Shown in pieces: positions 63,381 to 64,000 of a stretch of DNA of 64,000 nt. The DNA is taken from contig MFRA01000005.1 of NCBI GenBank assembly GCA_001783215.1, positions 146,824 to 210,823 of the forward strand. Reading direction: 5' to 3'. The notes under the pieces were generated by a model. It saw nothing but the letters and a program-made list of their open reading frames with translations, made no database searches and was not told where the DNA came from. Every line of letters starts with the position of its first letter. Within the stretch, counting starts at the first letter, position 1. A program made the position numbers and the translations under genes. This DNA is from Candidatus Magasanikbacteria bacterium RIFOXYD1_FULL_40_23. GTDB lineage: Bacteria; Patescibacteriota; Patescibacteriia; Magasanikbacterales; GWA2-37-8.

Positions 63381-64000
63381 TTATTTTTTTGGAAGAATAA
63401 TTTTTAGCCACTTACTTTTTTCGGTTTTAAGTTTTTCTTTTATTTTTGATTTGGCTTGATGAGTTTTTACGTGCTTTAGCCAATCTACACTAGGGCCTTT
63501 GCGGTTTTTGTCGGTAAATACTTCTATCACATCTCCGCTTTTTAAAGGAGTGTCCAAGCTTACCAGTTGGTCATTTATTTTGGCGCCGTTGCATTGGTTG
63601 CCGATGTCGGTGTGAATGCTGTATGCAAAATCAATTGGGGTGGCGTCTTCCGGCAGGTCTATCACGTCTCCTTTGGGAGTAAAGACAAAAATTCGGTTTT
63701 TGAAAAAGTCCACCTTTAGTTCGTCTATATCGGATAATTTTTCCAAAATATTTTTTTGGATGTCGGCTAGTTCTTTGGCCCAGAAAATATCTTTGGATGG
63801 TAGGCGAGAGCCTTTTTCGTCGTAGTGCCAATGAGCGGCGATGCCGTATTCGGCTTCATCGTGCATAGAACGATCGCGGATTTGGAATTCTACAATTTGT
63901 CCATCAATACAAAAAACTGTGGTATGCAATGATTGGTAACCGTTTGGTTTTGGTTGGGAAATATAGTCTTTGATTCTTCCTTTGAGCGGGCGCCAAAGTT
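63381..64000 (-). CDS. RelA/SpoT-family (p)ppGpp synthetase (partial: synthetase C-end plus TGS domain). The ORF continues past the window end.
   Basis: The reading frame stays open to position 64000 and encodes ...KDYISQPKPNGYQSLHTTVF (RelA synthetase motif). The TGS domain is VFTPKGDVIDLPEDATPIDFAYSIHTDIGNQCNGAKINDQLVSL. Confidence 0.75.
   Translation of the reverse strand, partial: LWRPLKGRIKDYISQPKPNGYQSLHTTVFCIDGQIVEFQIRDRSMHDEAEYGIAAHWHYDEKGSRLPSKDIFWAKELADIQKNILEKLSDIDELKVDFFKNRIFVFTPKGDVIDLPEDATPIDFAYSIHTDIGNQCNGAKINDQLVSLDTPLKSGDVIEVFTDKNRKGPSVDWLKHVKTHQAKSKIKEKLKTEKSKWLKIILPKK

Overview
A low-GC (~38-42%) bacterial chromosomal segment that is almost entirely on the + strand after ~14.5 kb. 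Gene content and several traits point to a small-genome Patescibacteria/CPR-like organism, which is an inference. The traits are: no rpmD (L30) between rpsE and rplO, extended or zinc-ribbon ribosomal proteins, a minimal ProRS, a ~6 kb surface protein with fibronectin-III-like repeats, and GC-rich structured RNAs. UGA is used as a stop codon, so the standard genetic code applies. Contents in order: (1) dut (partial), a P-loop kinase, dCMP deaminase and a pyruvate-kinase-barrel protein. (2) rplA without an adjacent rplK. (3) A stretch of GC-rich hypothetical ORFs at 3.5-6.2 kb. (4) A thioredoxin lipoprotein, a DipZ-like CcdA-thioredoxin fusion, an XRE regulator and a membrane protein. (5) tRNA-Asn with a 17-nt att-like duplication of its 3' end. 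(6) proS, trpS, rlmH and an RNase P RNA candidate. (7) A GC-rich locus with a 933-aa coiled-coil protein. (8) tgt carrying an in-frame palindromic-repeat insertion. (9) A standalone HD (ppGpp-hydrolase-like) gene. (10) carA and carB split by a repeat-flanked GIY-YIG gene. (11) uvrD/pcrA plus two unknown ORFs. (12) rpsL-rpsG-fusA separated from tuf by a giant surface protein, a MacB/FtsX-like ABC transporter and an acidic protein. (13) rpsJ, then a structured spacer, then rplC through rplO, secY, adk and map. (14) ruvX, recO, asnS, a GC-rich two-gene cassette, tRNA-Leu(CAA), parAB and a partial relA/spoT. Four families of short repeated structured elements were found by eye (R1-R4): two classes of ~70-nt leader elements abutting start codons (R1, R2), a MITE/RPE-like palindromic family (R3), and a two-copy hairpin family (R4). 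No CRISPR array, rRNA or integrase was seen.
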